From positions 8,878-72,877 of the forward strand of contig CAYHYM010000001.1 of the NCBI GenBank assembly GCA_964360965.1: a stretch of DNA of 64,000 bases, given 5' to 3'. Source of the DNA: an uncultured Gammaproteobacteria bacterium. GTDB lineage: Bacteria; Patescibacteriota; Microgenomatia; Daviesbacterales; UBA10151. Both the position numbers and the translations under genes were made by a program. Under the pieces are notes generated by a model that did no database searches, was not told the DNA's origin, and saw only the letters and a list, made by a program, of their open reading frames with translations. Shown here in pieces: positions 38,721-48,208 of the stretch (positions are counted from its first letter, which is position 1; every line of letters starts with the position of its first letter).

Positions 38721-39788
38721 ATTAGACAGTATCTTGCAAAATCATACATTAAACAAAAACGCCGTAATTAATATTGTCCGACAAGGACCAGTATATCTGT
38801 GAGTCAGTATATCAGTGTTTCAGTGGATTAAAAATATTTGATAATTTGATAATATGGAAGTGTGATAAAAGATGTGAATATAAACTTTTGTCAAAAAGAA
38901 TAAACTCCTTGCACAAATACTGGCGCTTTTAACACCGATACACAGATATACTGAAAGATACACTGAAACTCCGAGCCCCTAGAAGGGCCTAAAAACGGCT
39001 GGTTAGGGGAGGGCCGCTATCTGCCATCATCTAGTTTAGGCTGTCAGGAAGGGCCAAATTGGTAGTTAGTAGTTTGTAGTTGGTAGTTGGTAGAAAACAG
39101 CAAATTTTTGAAGGGAAATATGAGAAATTAGGCACACAAAAATGCTTGATAAAAAACTTATGCCTTTTATAATTAAATTTATCCTGAGCAAGCCTGAAGG
39201 ACTCCTCCCTAATCCCACTTCTCTGACATCGCATAACCATGATTGTCCGACATTATTATATTTGGGGAAGAATGCGGAAAAGAGAGAATAGCCTTGGTCT
39301 TCTGATACGTGAGTAAAGAATCTCTAGATTACTCTCATGATCCTTCGCTAACGCTTGGGATGACAACTAGAAGAGCACCTCTCCTCCAAGAGGCTTCGGG
39401 TATTCTATGTAAGAAAGAATAAGCAATTATATGCACTAACTGACAGATTACTTTTAATCTTCAAGCGTCCATCCTTTTGCCGTAGGCAAAAGTGTACAGA
39501 GCTAATAACGAGAGTAAGATCGTGTGAGTCCTTAGAGTACGGAGTGCTATTGTGACAACGATCACAATAGTAGCGCAGTACTCGGGGGCTCGTAGTGCAC
39601 GAACATCGTGAGAGCACGAAGAGACCCATAGTTTTCCACATTTGAACTTGGCAAATATATAAAACTATATCACCTATAGTTTTCACGAAATATCTCATAA
39701 TTTTTCACAGTTCGACTTCGCTCACTGCAGGCACTCCTCTACTTCCAATTTGTCTTAACAATCCAATTCTCCATTGTCAATTGATTCT

Positions 39789-40598
39789 CTATCCTATCCA
39801 GGAAGTTGTTAAAAATGCTACCATAAAAACAGCCATCCCAATAATCAGGTATTCCCATATTACTCTCCTATTCAACCTGTTTTTTAACCATCCTGTCAAA
39901 AGTCCCAGTAAAACATACATGGAAGAAGAAACAGCCAGGGAAAACATCGGGGCTTTGATCGGCCAAAAGGAAAAAGCTAAAGCCAGCTCCCCCAAAACCA
40001 AACTTAAAATAAATGTCTGTCCCAAAATTGCAGTCCCCATACTATCCTCCATCTCCTGAGCCCAAATAAATTGCATGATCAGGGGAAAGCTGATCACAAA
40101 AACAAATCCTCCATTTGCCCAAAATGGCAAATTAAAAGCAGCCAGTACATTTATGATAAAAAAAGCAGTTATCAGGGTAAATAAAAAATTGGCTGTTGAA
40201 GCAGCGCGGTACAAAGGTATGGTCCTTAATGATGCCACATTAAAGACATTTTGAGAAAGCAGAAGTAAATAAAAAGTCAGACCAAAAAAAAGTCCTACAG
40301 GCAGCCTAGTAAGCCAGCGCACAGGCAGTAAGAAATAAAAGGAGGCCACAGCCAAAGCATAAAGCGTGGGCAAGATCAAAAGTACCACTGCTTTGATGGG
40401 ACTTAGTCCCTCCCAAAGAGCCCACAAAGACAAAAAATAAGCGCTGAGCGCAAGTCCTGCTATAAAGCGAAATCTTAAGTCAAAATCAACCAGTTGGGTG
40501 GAAAAAAGGCCCAAAGTTAAAAGTATGGAAGATATGATAATTTTCTGACGTTTGGTTAAATTTAGATTCATTTTGCTGCCATCTTCAACACATGACAA
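39789..40598 (-). CDS. hypothetical polytopic membrane protein
   Basis: Seven or more hydrophobic helices. No recognisable family. Confidence 0.35.
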   Translation of the reverse strand: MSCVEDGSKMNLNLTKRQKIIISSILLTLGLFSTQLVDFDLRFRFIAGLALSAYFLSLWALWEGLSPIKAVVLLILPTLYALAVASFYFLLPVRWLTRLPVGLFFGLTFYLLLLSQNVFNVASLRTIPLYRAASTANFLFTLITAFFIINVLAAFNLPFWANGGFVFVISFPLIMQFIWAQEMEDSMGTAILGQTFILSLVLGELALAFSFWPIKAPMFSLAVSSSMYVLLGLLTGWLKNRLNRRVIWEYLIIGMAVFMVAFLTTSWIG

Positions 40599-41101
40599 AT
40601 GGCAATGGCCAAGGCATCTGTGGCATCATCCAAATGTCCGCCGCGCCATGTGACTTTTAGCTTCCTTCTCTTTCTTCCGTTACTCCCCAGAAACTTCCTT
40701 ACCCCATCATGGACTTGGGTCTTATCTGCCCTGCCTGATCCTGCCACCATCAGCTTCACCTGAAGTCCGGTATAATCTTGAATGGGAACCCTATGCTCTG
40801 CTGCAGCCAGCATGATCACTCCCCTAGCTTGACCTACCATGATGGCAGTTCTGGTATTGGCCCCAAAAAATAACATCTCGGAAACCATCTGATCCGGCTT
40901 GTATTGTTTTATTATTTTGGTCAGCTCTGAATGAATCATATGCAGTCTATCCTGCATTAATCTTTCTTTGGGGGTGTATATATTGCCATAAGTTATAAGT
41001 TCAATTCCATATTCAAATTCCCTACCCAAAATATCATCAGGAACCTTAATTACCCCATATCCGGTTGTAGCTGTTCCAGGATCAATGCCTAGTATTATCA
41101 T
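40568..41101 (-). CDS. ruvC: crossover junction endodeoxyribonuclease RuvC
   Basis: MIILGIDPGTATTGYGVI. RNase H-like fold with conserved D/E/D/D positions. Confidence 0.8.
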   Translation of the reverse strand: MIILGIDPGTATTGYGVIKVPDDILGREFEYGIELITYGNIYTPKERLMQDRLHMIHSELTKIIKQYKPDQMVSEMLFFGANTRTAIMVGQARGVIMLAAAEHRVPIQDYTGLQVKLMVAGSGRADKTQVHDGVRKFLGSNGRKRRKLKVTWRGGHLDDATDALAIAICHVLKMAAK

Positions 41102-41143
41102 AACAGTTTTCCAATTCTAACACAGCCATTCATTAGTAGTTTA

Positions 41144-41159
41144 GACACCTGGGGGGTGG
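41144..41159. repeat. REP-like element GACACCTGGGGGGTGG 3' of RAYT-2 (inverted partner at 41889-41904)
   Basis: The 14-mer ACACCTGGGGGGTG occurs here and as a reverse complement at 41889-41904. The pair brackets only the RAYT gene. Confidence 0.65.
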
Positions 41160-41179
41160 ATTAGGCAGGCATGTAGGGA

Positions 41180-41848
41180 TTATTCCAAAATAAGATGTTC
41201 AATCAGTTTTAATTTTCTTTGATAGTCAGCTTGATCAAATACAAAATGTTTATATTTTTCCCTGCTTCCAAACATATCCAACACTAAATTTGGTTCTAAA
41301 AAACCATCATTACCAGTAAGATAATTTGAAAAGGATGACCACGGATACTTTTCTAATTCACCAACAGTTCTAACTATAAAATTTGTATAAGGATTTAGGT
41401 GTATATATCTTGAAACATGAATAAACTGTTCATCAGTCTCTATCCTCTTGGCTTTAAATTGATCTAAAAATAAGGAGCCGTCCCGTTCATTCCTGGTATT
41501 ATGATAACGAGTATAACTATTTTGGAAATTACCTATAAATTTTGAAATACCATCCTCCATTTTCTGCTTTAACAAGAAATGAAAATGATTGGGCATTAAA
41601 CAAAAACAAATAATATCAACTAATTTTTCTGCCTGGTTCGTAATTTTGGTAATCTCTTTTTGTTTATCTTGTTCCAACTCCAAAAATTTAGATAATCTAA
41701 TAGGTGGGCTTGAAACTCTATAAAATTCAATTGCCAAAATTGCCCTTTGGTATTCTTTTTTTGTGGTAAAGGTGGGTTGCTTATTTATACCTCTGTTGTA
41801 AACATGGTAGATCTCATCCGTTACAAGTGGAATTTTTCTACCTGGCAT
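41180..41848 (-). CDS. REP-associated tyrosine transposase (RAYT) paralog
   Basis: HuH motif LMPNHFHFLLK. Tyr region SRYIHLNPYTNFIV...YPWSSFSNY. About 50% identical to the 11442 copy. Confidence 0.8.
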   Translation of the reverse strand: MPGRKIPLVTDEIYHVYNRGINKQPTFTTKKEYQRAILAIEFYRVSSPPIRLSKFLELEQDKQKEITKITNQAEKLVDIICFCLMPNHFHFLLKQKMEDGISKFIGNFQNSYTRYHNTRNERDGSLFLDQFKAKRIETDEQFIHVSRYIHLNPYTNFIVRTVGELEKYPWSSFSNYLTGNDGFLEPNLVLDMFGSREKYKHFVFDQADYQRKLKLIEHLILE

Positions 41849-41870
41849 AAAGTCATAATAGATTAATTAT

Positions 41871-41930
41871 CCCTGGGTGTCAACCTGAGACACCCCCCAG
41901 GTGTTTATAGGTGTTTATACAGGTGTTTAT
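41871..41930. repeat. REP-like hairpin (GGGTGTC aacctga GACACCC) plus three tandem AGGTGTTTAT decamers 5' of RAYT-2
   Basis: Seen directly: CCCTGGGTGTCAACCTGAGACACCCCCCAGGTGTTTATAGGTGTTTATACAGGTGTTTAT. Confidence 0.7.
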
Positions 41931-42518
41931 ATCCACTGAATGGACACTCTCCGGATTCCCTATAACCATTTTGATATCGGCAGGTAGTTCAATCTCATGA
42001 TGGTAAAATCCATCAACCACGCTTTTACCAATTTTCATACTAATAGGAGTTTTATAGTCTCTAATAATGGGAACCCCCACGTTGTCTCCTTCTCTAAAAA
42101 AGCTTCTCCACTCTGGTTTACCGACGTCAGCAGGATAAAAATATTTGAACCTTGCCTTAGCTGCTTCAACATCTACCTGACAATCTGAATCAAAAGTCAT
42201 ACCATTAACACTTACTCTAAGTTTTAATTCAGATAAACACTGGGTTAACTGCATAAACCATGGTTCAGACACTACAGCTTTTAAATTTATATCAGGCCAA
42301 TCCCAACCGTCTTTATTGTGATCTTCTCCAAATCTTACTGATATCAATGCCTGTCTTGAAGGTAACTCCACCTGTCTCACTTCTCCGTTAAATTCCCCGT
42401 CAAAAATATACTTTTTAAGTTGAAAAGCATGAACAACAGAATCACCTGACTGGTAAACTAATCTTCCATTAGTAAAAGGTTCAAATTGTTGATCAAATTT
42501 TCTAGTTTCAATATCCAT
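41880..42518 (-). CDS. hypothetical protein
   Basis: 212-aa ORF. No recognisable domain. Confidence 0.35.
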   Translation of the reverse strand: MDIETRKFDQQFEPFTNGRLVYQSGDSVVHAFQLKKYIFDGEFNGEVRQVELPSRQALISVRFGEDHNKDGWDWPDINLKAVVSEPWFMQLTQCLSELKLRVSVNGMTFDSDCQVDVEAAKARFKYFYPADVGKPEWRSFFREGDNVGVPIIRDYKTPISMKIGKSVVDGFYHHEIELPADIKMVIGNPESVHSVDINTCINTYKHLGGVSG

Positions 42519-42526
42519 AATTTGCC

Positions 42527-43387
42527 TTAAGTAGCCTCTCTTAAAATTTCCTCAGCTATATCAAAATTTGCGTAAACTTTTTGTACATCATCCAACTCCT
42601 CTATTTTTCGGGCAAAATCCAGTACTTTTTTGGCAGTTTCCTTATCTTTTATTTCCATCAAGGTATTAGGTTTATAAACAATTTCAGCCTGCTCTACCCC
42701 ATACCCTACTTGAGTAATTTTTGTACTCATAGTATTTAACTGGGAGCTTTCTACATATACTAAATATCCTCGCTTTTCTTGAGCGTCAGCGAAATCCCTT
42801 CGGGTCTGAGCTCTTCGAGTCCGAGCCTCAGAGTCGAGGACCTCAGGGTCGAAGACCTGAGCGAAGTCGAAGGATTCCACATCCTCCGCTCCCAAATCTA
42901 TTAACTCCAACATTTCCTGTTCTCTGTCATCCTCCTTTTCGGGGGCCCGCTGTCCCCTAACTTTTATCTCCCCAATTCTATCAAACATATAAGCCACACT
43001 TCCCTGCCCAGCCAAAGAACCACCTGCTCTTTCAAATAAATTCTTCACTTCCTGTAAGGTCCTCAGTTTATTATCTGTCATCCCCTCCACTAAAAAGGCC
43101 ACTTTCCCCGGCCCAAAACCCTCATACGTGACTTCTTCAATACTTTGACCGGGTAATTTACCCAAACCCCTGTCAATGGCCCGTTGCACGTTCTCCTTGG
43201 GCATATTAACAGCTTTTGCCTCATCCATGACTACCCTCAAACGAGGATTAGACTCCGAATCACCGGATCCCCCCATTTTAGCAGCAATAGTGATGGCATT
43301 AGCTACTTTAGTAAAGGTCTGTCCCCTCTTTATATCCGCAGCCCCTTTTTGCCTTTTTATCGTCGACCATTTGGAATGTCCGCTCAT
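42527..43387 (-). CDS. yebC: YebC/PmpR-family DNA-binding regulator with in-frame repeat-derived insertion
   Basis: MSGHSKWSTIKRQKGAADIKRGQ YebC N-terminus. About 100 nt of GTCGAAG/CTCAG repeat encode DVESFDFAQVFDPEVLDSEARTRRAQTRRDFADAQEK. Confidence 0.8.
   Translation of the reverse strand: MSGHSKWSTIKRQKGAADIKRGQTFTKVANAITIAAKMGGSGDSESNPRLRVVMDEAKAVNMPKENVQRAIDRGLGKLPGQSIEEVTYEGFGPGKVAFLVEGMTDNKLRTLQEVKNLFERAGGSLAGQGSVAYMFDRIGEIKVRGQRAPEKEDDREQEMLELIDLGAEDVESFDFAQVFDPEVLDSEARTRRAQTRRDFADAQEKRGYLVYVESSQLNTMSTKITQVGYGVEQAEIVYKPNTLMEIKDKETAKKVLDFARKIEELDDVQKVYANFDIAEEILREAT
42776..42876. repeat. GTCGAAG/CTCAG-family repeat tract inside the yebC coding sequence
   Basis: TTCGACTTCGCTCA 14-mer shared with 39711-39731. 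GTCGAAGACCTG 12-mer shared with 53975-53990. Confidence 0.55.
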
Positions 43388-43619
43388 GCAAGATATTTTA
43401 ACACAGCCTGAGAATATATGTTTTTAAAGTAAGGGTATAGTTTAATGGATAGATCTACCCCACTTGCTACAACTAAACCTTCTCTTGGTGTTTCTGATGC
43501 CATATTTTTATGAGCAGAATAATAAGACGAGTATACAACTACAAACCCATCTTTGCAAATACCAACAAAAATACGAAACATTGACAAGTTTACTTCCCAC
43601 ACCTTATACTTTTTCTTTG

Positions 43620-44318
43620 ATGGATTCACAACTTGCCATTTCAGCTGCTTTGGAAGGCCGTTTTTCCGAGGCTTTAAAATTAAACCAGCATATCTTAAAA
43701 GATGATCCTAAAAATGTAGATGCCCTAAATCGGTTGGCCAGAGCCTATTTTGAACTGGGAAAACTTATCCTTGCCAAAAAATACTACAATCATGTATTAG
43801 AAATTGACTCCTATAACCCTATTGCCCAAAAAAATTTAAAGATTATTAAAGCCTTCAAAGGCAAAAAAGTAAATGGCATACCAGTTATGCAGCGTATTCA
43901 ACCTGCCCTTTTCCTGCAAGAACCAGGTAAAACAAAGGTGGTAGAAGTTATGAAAGTGGCTGAACCCAATAAATTATCCCAACTTTTCCCCGGACAGAGC
44001 GTCAAAATTGTACTTAAAAAAAGAACCATCACTGTGGTTGACCAAAATGATGTTTATTTGGGGGTTTTGCCTGATGATTTAGCCTATCATTTGATCAGAC
44101 TTTGCAGGGGGGGCAACAAATTTCAAGTTTATGTTAAATCTGTCAGAGTTAATGGATTATCACTGATTTTAAAAGAGGTGTTCCGCAGCAAAAGATTTAA
44201 AAACCAACCGTCTTTTTTGCCTGCCAAGGTTTATCATCATCAAGATATCATCAGCCTTCCTGCAAAAGGGGAAAGTATTGATTTAACCTCAGATGATGAA
44301 GAAGAGGGAACTAGTTAA
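43620..44318 (+). CDS. TPR-repeat protein
   Basis: TPR motifs ALKLNQHILKDDPKNVDALNRLARAYFELGKLILAKKYYNHVLEID. Internal ATG start chosen. Confidence 0.5.
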   Translation: MDSQLAISAALEGRFSEALKLNQHILKDDPKNVDALNRLARAYFELGKLILAKKYYNHVLEIDSYNPIAQKNLKIIKAFKGKKVNGIPVMQRIQPALFLQEPGKTKVVEVMKVAEPNKLSQLFPGQSVKIVLKKRTITVVDQNDVYLGVLPDDLAYHLIRLCRGGNKFQVYVKSVRVNGLSLILKEVFRSKRFKNQPSFLPAKVYHHQDIISLPAKGESIDLTSDDEEEGTS

Positions 44319-45225
44319 TTTTTTGGGCAAAGTCTTCTCCTATAAAAATATTAACCTCGGCCCTTGATTCATATTTTTCATCTTTCATTTCAGAGGATGA
44401 GAAAACCTGCATCAGCCTTTTTCGGGTTTGAGAGGGAGGTGCTGATAAAGTGGAGTGTTTTTGTTTAAATGAGGCATTTGAAGAAATTATGACATTTCCT
44501 CCCATATTGGAAATGATCCTGGACACTTTTTGGGCAATGCCCGGGAGATCCGTGGCATTATAAACCCCAATTGTTAAACCCTCAGACAAAATGGCATCTT
44601 CGGAAAAATTCCCTGTCTCAACTATTTTATCCTCTCTTATTCCTATCAACCCTAAGGCAAATCGCCAAAACTCAAACAAGGTGATATTTGTTTTTGAGGA
44701 AAGCAGAAGTGATATCAAATCCAGAGGAGATGAACGCAGCTGCAAGATTAAATCTTTAGCCCTGGTATTTTTAAAAGAACCCCCGGGTTCCCAATATCCA
44801 TCAAGGGGAATCTCCAGATGTGAAGAAAAAGAGTTTACCAAAAATGAGTCTCCTGCTTTAGGATTCTCATTTTCACCCAAATCAAAGATTGACCTTGCCT
44901 GCCATTCTCCAAATCCTCCCGGAACATTAATATAAACCTCATCCCCAACTTCTAAAAGGACCAAAGTTTTCTCTTTGGGATTATAGGATAAAACTGATAA
45001 ACCGGCAGATTTAACCACCAGATTAATATTAAATGCTCCGTCCCAAAGATAATTTTTGGAAATGGTGGTTTCTTTATTTAGCGGAGCAGATATGAAATGG
45101 ACAAAACGCACTCCATTACCCACCATAATTACCAAAATAAGTATGACCAGCGCCCACAGGGCAATTTTGACCTTTTGTTTTGTTTTTTTATGTGACTCAA
45201 AAATTTTCCAGCCCATTTTTTTCAT
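44311..45225 (-). CDS. LytR-CpsA-Psr (LCP)-family-like protein
   Basis: N-terminal TM, then an LCP-like core (AFNINLVVKSAGLSVLSYNP...LLEVGDEVYINVPGGFGE). Confidence 0.4.
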   Translation of the reverse strand: MKKMGWKIFESHKKTKQKVKIALWALVILILVIMVGNGVRFVHFISAPLNKETTISKNYLWDGAFNINLVVKSAGLSVLSYNPKEKTLVLLEVGDEVYINVPGGFGEWQARSIFDLGENENPKAGDSFLVNSFSSHLEIPLDGYWEPGGSFKNTRAKDLILQLRSSPLDLISLLLSSKTNITLFEFWRFALGLIGIREDKIVETGNFSEDAILSEGLTIGVYNATDLPGIAQKVSRIISNMGGNVIISSNASFKQKHSTLSAPPSQTRKRLMQVFSSSEMKDEKYESRAEVNIFIGEDFAQKIN

Positions 45226-45298
45226 TGTATAAACAAACCTCTTGACCATGCAAGTTTTTATAGTGTAAACTAACCTTTAAAGGGGGTGATAATAATTT

Positions 45299-45571
45299 AT
45301 GGATGATCAAAATACAGTACCGTCTACTGCGGCGCCAGCGCCAACCTGCACCAGCTGTGGCATGGCCACATCAGGTTATAAATGCGCTGTTTGCGGTGAA
45401 GAATCAGCTGCCCATGATCAAGCTCATGCTTGCGGTGGAGAAAATTGCCAGCCAAAATGTGAGGGCTGTGGACAAGCTGACAGCAAATGTACTTGTCAGC
45501 AACCTCAAACTCCATCATCAGGCCCAACTCCTCCACCTGTGGACACTGGAGCAGCGCCACCTGCAATGTAA
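45299..45571 (+). CDS. small Cys-rich (12 Cys/90 aa) Pro-rich protein, possible metal-binding
   Basis: AGGGGG RBS 11 nt upstream. CTSCG...CAVCGEE...HACGGENCQPKCEGCGQADSKCTCQQ. Confidence 0.4.
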   Translation: MDDQNTVPSTAAPAPTCTSCGMATSGYKCAVCGEESAAHDQAHACGGENCQPKCEGCGQADSKCTCQQPQTPSSGPTPPPVDTGAAPPAM

Positions 45572-45591
45572 AGTTTAAACCTCAATTAAAC

Positions 45592-45636
45592 CACCTTCCA
45601 GGATGGTGTCTGCCGACAGATGATTCCTGGAAGGTG
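45592..45636. terminator. perfect 12-bp-stem hairpin between convergent genes (candidate bidirectional terminator)
   Basis: CACCTTCCAGGA ... TCCTGGAAGGTG, with an inner TCTG-CCGA-CAGA stem. No strong U-tract. Confidence 0.4.
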
Positions 45637-45644
45637 ACATGACA

Positions 45645-47354
45645 TTATTCCCAGGCCAGAGTTTTTCTGGATAGTCTGGCCAGTTCAATTTTGGCCCTGC
45701 CTTTAAAATATCCTCCCTCTTTTAAATGCTGACGCAGTTTTTCCGCCAAAAAATCCCCAGCCAAAATTTCCGGCACAATCACAAAATCAGCTCCCTTTTT
45801 ATACAAAATTTTGGCATCAAGAGGAGTTTCTGCCCGGACAACAACAGGTACCCTGATATGTCTTGAGCGGACCTCTTCCAAAAGAGTAAGATTATCCTCC
45901 ACACCCGGGGCTGTCGATATAATCATCCTGGCCTCTTTTAAAAATAAGGCATCTAAAACTTCAGGATCACTCATGTCCCCATAAATAACTTTCACTCCCA
46001 TCTTTTGTAAATCCTCTATCTGGGTGGGGTTAAAATCCAAAACAATATGCCCTATCCTTTCCTTTTTTAAAAATTTGATAATCTCTCCCCCCACCCGGTG
46101 TCCTCCAATTACCACCACATGACCGCGTAAATTTTCACCAATCCTTACTCTTTCCAAAAAATGATGGTAGTTTTTCCTCTCAAAAAAAGTAAAAAGAGAG
46201 GACAAATGTTTATAAATTACACTTGAGTGTGAGATTAAAATGGATGAGATAATCATCGAGGCCACCCCTGTGAGAGCTATTACTGTCAACGCAGCAGTTG
46301 AAGCAACCCCCATCTTCACCCCCACCAAAATTACAATCAAAGAAAACTCAGACACCTGAGAAAGGTTAATGGAAGTTTGGAATAGAGTATGTTTGCGAAA
46401 TCCAAAAATACCCAAAATCAGCATAAAAAGAACAGGCTTTATCAAAACAGCATAACTTACAAACAACAAAACCGTTGGTAAAACTTCTCTAATTTGAGAA
46501 AAATTAACCTGGGTGCCAAGATAGACAAAAAAGAGGGTGATAAAAAAATCTCTTAAGGGTTTAACTTTGCCTTGAATTTGAAAATGATAAGGCGAGGCAG
46601 CCAAAGCCACTCCTGCCAAAAATGCCCCTATCATCACGGAAAAACCCAAAAAAATAGAAAATGACACAAAAATAAAACACCAGGAAAGAGCTGTTAAAAA
46701 TAGCAGTTCTCCTGATTTGGCCACAGCGGAAAAAACAGCCGTCAGCAGATAACGATTAAGTAAAAATGCCGATCCAAAAAGTAGCAAAACCTTGGCCACA
46801 AAGGTAATTACAGGAATAGTCTGCTGCAATCCCAATCCCAAAAAAGAGGGAGAAACAGTTAAGGCCAAAAGCACCAGCACTGCCAGCAAATCTTCCAAAA
46901 TAAGTATCCCCAAAGCCAGTTTTCCATATAAAGAGGTTAAATCTTTTTTATCAAGCAGCAGTTTGACTACCACGATGGTGGATGAAAAAGACAATCCTAA
47001 CCCCAAATACCAGGATTCAGCATCAGAAAAGCCAAAGTTTTTTGCCAGAGACGATCCTAAAATTGTGGTTATGATAATCTGGAAAAGAGCCGATACAATA
47101 ATGGGCTTGCCTAAATTTTTTACCTCTCTTAAATCAAGCTCCATGCCCACCAGAAAAAGCACAAAAGCTATTCCAATCTCCGGTAAAAAAGATAAAGCTT
47201 GTGAGCCTTGAAAATCAAATAAGGTAGAAGAAGCAAGAATCAATCCTCCAAAAAGATAGGCTACCAAAAGCGGCAGGCTAAATTTATGGGTTACAAAACC
47301 CAAAACTGATGATAAACCTAATATGATAGCCAGTTGTATGAAAATGTTATCCAT
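45645..47354 (-). CDS. monovalent cation:proton antiporter-2 (Kef-type) with C-terminal RCK/TrkA-N domain
   Basis: About 12 TM helices. C-terminal Rossmann GHVVVIGGHRVGGEIIKFLKKERIGHIVLDFNP. Confidence 0.75.
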   Translation of the reverse strand: MDNIFIQLAIILGLSSVLGFVTHKFSLPLLVAYLFGGLILASSTLFDFQGSQALSFLPEIGIAFVLFLVGMELDLREVKNLGKPIIVSALFQIIITTILGSSLAKNFGFSDAESWYLGLGLSFSSTIVVVKLLLDKKDLTSLYGKLALGILILEDLLAVLVLLALTVSPSFLGLGLQQTIPVITFVAKVLLLFGSAFLLNRYLLTAVFSAVAKSGELLFLTALSWCFIFVSFSIFLGFSVMIGAFLAGVALAASPYHFQIQGKVKPLRDFFITLFFVYLGTQVNFSQIREVLPTVLLFVSYAVLIKPVLFMLILGIFGFRKHTLFQTSINLSQVSEFSLIVILVGVKMGVASTAALTVIALTGVASMIISSILISHSSVIYKHLSSLFTFFERKNYHHFLERVRIGENLRGHVVVIGGHRVGGEIIKFLKKERIGHIVLDFNPTQIEDLQKMGVKVIYGDMSDPEVLDALFLKEARMIISTAPGVEDNLTLLEEVRSRHIRVPVVVRAETPLDAKILYKKGADFVIVPEILAGDFLAEKLRQHLKEGGYFKGRAKIELARLSRKTLAWE

Positions 47355-47419
47355 ATTTTTTTGGACTAATTCGGTACATATCTTGACTTGTTAATTTAGT
47401 ATGTCTGCCGAATTGTCCA

Positions 47420-48205
47420 TTACGAACTTTCTTCTTTTAAATAAGTTAACGCAATTTTTAAATCATCTGGCAATGGGCTTTCCACCTCCATCCATTCCCC
47501 ACTCACTGGATGATAAAATCCAATCTTTTTAGCATGTAAAAACTGTCTATGTACCCATCTGTGATCAAGCCTCACCATCTTACGGCCGACATATTTCTCG
47601 TCCGCCACTATTGGGTGTCCCGTATATTTTAAATGTACCCTAATTTGATGTGTCCGTCCAGTTTTTGGTCTTACGACCAAAAAAGTAAACAGGTTATAGT
47701 GAATAGTTGACAGTTTTCTGAATTGTATTTTGTTGAAATCATTAAAAATTGTTTGTAACTTGGTTATTGGTAATTGGTAATTACCTATAGGTTCGTACTC
47801 TGTCACAGCCTGTCGTGCCTCCAGTGCCTCCAGGGGGACGCCTTGGAGGCTTGCAGTGAATTTTTCTCTTTTAAATGGATTCCTGGCAATGGCAGCATCA
47901 ATTACTCCACCCTGTTCAATTCTTCCATGCACCAAGGCTAAATATTCTTTTTTAGTTTTTCTTTCTTTAAATTGGGCTTGTAAATTTTCTAAAGCTTGTT
48001 GAGTTTTAGCTACCAACAAAACTCCCGAGGTATCTTTATCTAATCTATGAACTGCCCCACCTCTCTCAAGGTTAATACCATGCTCTTTCTGTAAAATCTC
48101 TGCAAGTGTCACTTCTTTTTGAGTCTCAGATGGAGTGACAACTAAACCAGGTGGTTTATCTACTACCAGAAGAGAATTATCTTGATATATAATCTTTAAA
48201 GCCAT
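47420..48205 (-). CDS. RluA-family pseudouridine synthase
   Basis: Catalytic HRLDKDTSGVLLVAKT motif. Confidence 0.8.
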   Translation of the reverse strand: MALKIIYQDNSLLVVDKPPGLVVTPSETQKEVTLAEILQKEHGINLERGGAVHRLDKDTSGVLLVAKTQQALENLQAQFKERKTKKEYLALVHGRIEQGGVIDAAIARNPFKREKFTASLQGVPLEALEARQAVTEYEPIGNYQLPITKLQTIFNDFNKIQFRKLSTIHYNLFTFLVVRPKTGRTHQIRVHLKYTGHPIVADEKYVGRKMVRLDHRWVHRQFLHAKKIGFYHPVSGEWMEVESPLPDDLKIALTYLKEESS

Positions 48206-48208
48206 ACC

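Noticed and set aside
38721-39788. RNase P RNA, tmRNA or SRP RNA in the long non-coding gap
   Set aside because: I looked for GGAAAGTCCGG and ACAGAAnCCGGCUUA (RNase P), a tRNA-like TTCGAnTCC end with GGGG 5' start (tmRNA) and the GGAA-tetraloop domain IV (SRP) on both strands and found none. Left as an unassigned structured region.
45303-45578. Alternative ORFs 45303-45578 (+) and 45324-45566 (-) overlapping the Cys-rich gene
   Set aside because: Only the 45299 frame has an upstream GGGGG RBS at proper spacing and a coherent Cys pattern. The others are open because of codon-composition bias.
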